The notes under the pieces are model-generated. The model saw nothing but the letters and a program-made list of their open reading frames with translations, did no database searches and was not told the DNA's origin. 64,000 bases of DNA. Source: Diplonema japonicum. Taxonomy: Eukaryota > Protista > Euglenozoa: Diplonemea. Shown one piece after another: positions 60,026-64,000 of the stretch. The stretch spans positions 62,001 to 126,000 of the forward strand of contig OZ025668.1 in NCBI GenBank assembly GCA_964019335.1, read 5' to 3'. Both the position numbers and the translations under genes were made by a program. How positions within the stretch are numbered: position 1 is the stretch's first letter; the number at the start of each line of letters is the position of its first letter.

Positions 60026-61186
60026 CTAAGTGGCTTCTAACACCTGGTTGTATACAATAGCCTTTTCTCGCTGGTACGTAAGCTCTCGATATACCTGTGT
60101 GGGATAAACTAAAGGAGCTCCTTTCCATACCTGTTCGGAAGCGTGTTCGAGCACAGCACGTTTGGCAGCAAGCTCGGATTCGGCTTTCTGCAGCGCGAGG
60201 TGGTGGAGGGCGCGTTGGGAGTTGAATTTTATGCTCTCGGCGTGCCAGTTGAGGTCGACGGTGTCCTTCCGGACCTGCAGCTCGTGATGAGAACGAACGG
60301 AACGTGCTTCCGAACGGGGCGGTGTGTAGGCGGCTATGGGGTGGTCGTAAAGGCGACGCTGTGTCATGAAGCTATCATGTGGGGGGCGCTGCGTCATGGG
60401 GGTATCACTAAGTGGGCGCGTCATGGGGGTGTCGTAAAGCGGACGCTGCGTCATGGGAGTTTGAGAAGCAAAAGGCGGGATGAGATGCACATCCCTTGGG
60501 AAGGTCTCAATGCCCATCATAGGCGCAATGGGTGCCACAGTAGTGATCTCGGGTTCATCATCCAAAACAGTGATGGCTTGTATCTCGGGCTCGTCGTTGG
60601 GAGGCATCGTCTCCGTCTCGATGCCATCTGACACATTGAGGCGGCGGTTGTAGTTGAGACCCGGCGGCACACCACCTGATGACATCACTGACTCATAAAC
60701 AGAAGGCGTGAATTCTGCGTACCCATCCTCGTCGTAGATGCTCCCCCCTGCAGTGCCCCCCCTTATGGGCATTGTACCAGGTAGTGCTGGCAGAGGAGCG
60801 GGTGTTGGTGCATTCACATTTACCGGTGCACTTATATGCGTCATCTCTTTCTCTTTCTCCACCTGCCGCTGAACCTCTAAAGCTATCTCCCTGTCTTTGT
60901 CTATCTTGTTGATGTCCACGTCGTAGTACGCCTGCGGCGGGGGGGCTAGTACCTTCGCCTTCAACACCAACATGACACCGTCTGTGATCCCTACCTCCCT
61001 GCAGTTCTGATACCCCATTAGCTCCTTCCCATCGAATACCAACCTCTGTTTCTCGACCTCTATCCGTGTGAGGTCGGACAGGTGCTCTTTTAGTTGTGCT
61101 ATCGACAGCTTCCGCAGGCTTCCCTCAAACACCAAGCTGTACACCATGTCGTCCTCCTCGCATCGTGTCTTGATGGTGTTTGGCAT
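60026..61186 (-). CDS. Protein with N-terminal ubiquitin-like domain and C-terminal coiled coil
   Basis: SIAQLKEHLSDLTRIEVEKQRLVFDGKEL...VGITDGVMLVL; about four DTPMTQRP-like repeats; probable 36-nt intron. Confidence 0.8.
   Translation of the reverse strand: MPNTIKTRCEEDDMVYSLVFEGSLRKLSIAQLKEHLSDLTRIEVEKQRLVFDGKELMGYQNCREVGITDGVMLVLKAKVLAPPPQAYYDVDINKIDKDREIALEVQRQVEKEKEMTHISAPVNVNAPTPAPLPALPGTMPIRGGTAGGSIYDEDGYAEFTPSVYESVMSSGGVPPGLNYNRRLNVSDGIETETMPPNDEPEIQAITVLDDEPEITTVAPIAPMMGIETFPRDVHLIPPFASQTPMTQRPLYDTPMTRPLSDTPMTQRPPHDSFMTQRRLYDHPIAAYTPPRSEARSVRSHHELQVRKDTVDLNWHAESIKFNSQRALHHLALQKAESELAAKRAVLEHASEQVWKGAPLVYPTQVYRELTYQREKAIVYNQVLEAT
60095..60130 (-). other. Intron, 36 nt, phase 0, in frame
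   Basis: ACAG|GTATGG...ACACAG|GTAT; removes a helix-breaking segment from the coiled coil. Confidence 0.7.
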
Positions 61187-61256
61187 GGTGCCCTGTAGGG
61201 ATTGTTGATGAAACGTCATATCTCTAATAATAAATCAAATCAATACAGGATACAAT

Positions 61257-62457
61257 CTAACCTTCGGGGCTTTGGATAACAGGTTTGCGTTTCGGGGTGC
61301 ATAATTTGTCAGGCCTGTCAGTAGCAGGCCTGTCGGAAGGGACGGGTGTCAGGCGGGGTTCGCGCTGACATGTACGAGCATCTGGGACTGAATCAGAAAA
61401 CAATTCACGGTACCGAGGCGGGAGGGTTTTGATGATGGAGGTCACCTTGTGGAAGTCCGTTTCTACGGTCTCAAGGTCGGCAACAGTGCGGTGGGCCTCC
61501 GCTAGCTGCACGCTCTTGTGTTCCACCGCATCACGCAGCACGTTGACCTCCACATCCTTCATCCTCGCAGGGATCCCTGCTTTGATGTCGTGGTCGATGG
61601 CAGCCCGCACACGTGCCCGCTCCACACTGGCGAGCTCCTTCCCTGCCTGTGCATCGTTGTCGTCGCCACCCTAGTGATGATAGGCCAATGGATAACATTG
61701 CATACCCTGTGTGCTCTGAGCTGGCCCTTCGCAACGTGCAGCTGCCTAGCAAGGTCCATGCACCGCTCAGTTTGTTGCTTCAGGCGCACCTCCATGTCTT
61801 CGTTCTGAGAAAGGGAAAAGAAATTCGTTACCACAAACTCACGGTAGGTAGGTATACCTGTGCCTCAAGCTGTGTGAGCTTGATTTCAGCGTTCTCCGCA
61901 CGGGCGGCGAACACGGGGATGTCTCTTTCGTATTTAACAACTTTCATGCGGAGGCTGTCGAGCTGGTCGGTAGTGCCGTGCAGCTGGGTGGCGTAGGCTA
62001 CTTTAGCTTCCTTGTTGGTGAGCTTCTCGATGTCGAGGGCTTTGATGGTCTTGCGCACGGAACGGGATTCCGCTTTGAAGTGGTCGATGAGCTTCGCGAG
62101 TTCGTCTTCACGCTTGTGAAGCTCCTGTGCCAGCTTGGCCTTCTCGGACTCTAGACGTGTTGAAGTGTTTCGTGAAACGGCCAGCTGAGCAGCATGATCT
62201 TGTTGCTTGCTGATAGCTTCTCGCAACGCGGTGTCTCGTTCGTCCAGCCGAACTTGCATCCTAACGACCTCATCACGAAGGTCTAGTACTTCTCTGTCCT
62301 TGCCTTGGATCTCGCCAGCGTAGCGATCTACCTCCCCCTCCAACCATTCTGTCTCCTCGATCTCTCTTTTCAGGTAGCTCTTCAGCACTGTATTATCCCT
62401 CACAGTAACATTGAGCTCACCTTTCAGGGAGTCAATAGCATCCCGCCGACGGATCAT
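61257..62457 (-). CDS. Coiled-coil protein; exons 62457-61858, 61804-61706, 61670-61257
   Basis: Three ORF fragments join in frame through two GT-AG introns with continuous heptad character. Confidence 0.8.
61671..61705 (-). other. Intron, 35 nt, phase 0
   Basis: AGG|GTATGC...TCACTAG|GGT. Confidence 0.85.
61805..61857 (-). other. Intron, 53 nt, phase 0
   Basis: CAG|GTATAC...TTTCTCAG|AAC. Confidence 0.85.
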
Positions 62458-62999
62458 GTCCTATCTGCAAGGGCGGTGAAAACAACAGAAGAAAAAAAAG
62501 GGAGAGAAAAAAAAAAAAAAGAGAAAATGCTACAAACGTATGGGTAAATGCAAAAAAAAAAAAAAAAAAAAAAAAGCATGGGGAAGAAGGGAAAAGAGTG
62601 TACTATACATTTCTTTTTTTTTTTTTTTTGTGTATTTTTCTGCCCTCCATTCTTTTTCAACCACCAAAAGAAACTGGCATCGTGTCTAGCTTTGTCTTGA
62701 TTCCTGTTTTTTTTTTCTACCCTTTTTTTTCTTTCCTACCTTCATCCCAGCTGATATGGTGGAAGGTTTTGGGGTATCCCGGATAATGGTTTTGCGTACC
62801 GAAGATGGTTGGGAGGGAGGTGACCACCTCATGGGCGGTTGGGAAGCCATCTACCTTCGCATACCTCCCAGTAACATGGAGAGGTGTTTTGATTCCCATT
62901 CCTTTTTTTCTTTTTTTTTTTTTTAATACCTTTTTTTTCCCCTTTTTCTTTTAGAAGCACAATAAAACAAAACAAATAACAAAAAAAACAATAATAAAT

Positions 63000-63698
63000 C
63001 TAGAACACATCAGTAGAAGCGGACGATCGCCTCCTCCGTTCCCTCATCGAAACCCATGAGTACGACCCTTCTCTTTCTTTCTCATCATATGAAGGGGGGC
63101 AATAAGCAGCACTGACAGGGGTTAAAGGTTGGTGTTGAAGTCCAAGTGGTGAGTCAGCACCTTCTTCCATCGCTAAGAGCTCTAAAAGCAACCTTTTACG
63201 TTTAATATTACAAGGGGCTACTTGCGCTCGTGACACAGGGGGTGGGGGTGAATATTCCCTTGTAGGTCTTACAGATGTGCTTCCTTGCAACCGCTCGAAT
63301 GCCGCTTTCAGAGCAAGTGAAGAGCCCGACGACATTGGGTGGATCTCCACATTCTCATTAACTATGCTTATGGGATATGGGAGTTTTTCTGGGTCAACCA
63401 GGATGACAATCCCTACTAAAGATTCCATCGCGCCTCTTTGTTTGATGTTTTTCAAGGCTGTTGTGCTTGGCATGCCCAAGTCCCAGTAGTCGGTTGTCAC
63501 CATCCATGTGTTGTCGACAATCCATTCCCCGCCTCTCTTTTCTATCTTTGCTTTTAGATCACCCAGAGCCAGCTCTACCTTTAACTCCAAGCTTCTATTG
63601 TCTGCGGTATGCCCCTCCCACGGGAGGCCGCATTCAATGCAGCATGATGCTTCCCCAGGGTTGCTGTGGCCGCATTCCAAACATGCCCATTCTCGCAT
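63000..63698 (-). CDS. RanBP2-type zinc finger protein
   Basis: WACLECGHSNPGEASCCIEC matches W-x-C-x2-C-x3-N-x6-C-x2-C. Confidence 0.75.
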   Translation of the reverse strand: MREWACLECGHSNPGEASCCIECGLPWEGHTADNRSLELKVELALGDLKAKIEKRGGEWIVDNTWMVTTDYWDLGMPSTTALKNIKQRGAMESLVGIVILVDPEKLPYPISIVNENVEIHPMSSGSSLALKAAFERLQGSTSVRPTREYSPPPPVSRAQVAPCNIKRKRLLLELLAMEEGADSPLGLQHQPLTPVSAAYCPPSYDEKEREGSYSWVSMRERRRRSSASTDVF

Positions 63699-64000
63699 TT
63701 TTTTTTTTAATTTTTTCTTTTATCTTTTTTTTTAAATTTTTCGTCCCCCTTTTTTTTCTTGTGGGCAGGGGCCTACGGGTGCTTCATTCTTTTTTTTTTT
63801 TTTTTTTTTTTTTTACCGAGACCTGATGGTCACTTGTGGGTCCTCCCATCACACTCCAGATGAGATGATGAAAATGGCTAGAGGGGAAATCCATTTTTTT
63901 GGACGGGAATGATTTGGCACGTGGGGGGGGGGGGGGGGGGGGATGGAAAAGAATAAAAATCTTTTTTTAAAAAAGAGAAAGGTGAAAAAAAAATAAGAAG

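Overview
Eukaryotic nuclear DNA from a flagellated protist, most plausibly a euglenozoan such as a diplonemid (inference). All 17 credible genes lie head-to-tail on the minus strand, many start just downstream of a U-rich tract plus AG (trans-splice-like), and the calpain carries a DUF1935-like domain. Genes: 4-TM membrane protein, CCDC39, cyclin with a C-terminal F-box-like motif, Pro-rich protein, D/D-domain protein with about 32 SH3/KOW-like repeats, an NDUFS5-like gene the ORF track shows only as its first exon, DHX57-like helicase, hypothetical protein, ADCY10-like soluble adenylyl cyclase, giant Cys/Thr-repeat surface protein, calpain, ABCC transporter, TSP-C/Ig/cadherin/EGF receptor with an unrecognised repeat tail, PH protein, UBL protein, coiled-coil protein and RanBP2-ZnF protein. 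The strongest unexplained signal is the intron system. I reconstructed 18 short GT-AG introns (30-95 nt, donor mostly G|GTATG): 17 are phase 0, including all 11 needed to restore a reading frame. Many have A-rich rather than pyrimidine-rich 3' ends, and in several long genes they sit only near the stop codon. A 4.3-kb gene-free gap holds a ~290-bp foldback palindrome, and two dispersed repeats each recur at ~3.95-kb spacing across 21.3-26.8 kb. All homology calls are from motif recognition, not database searches.
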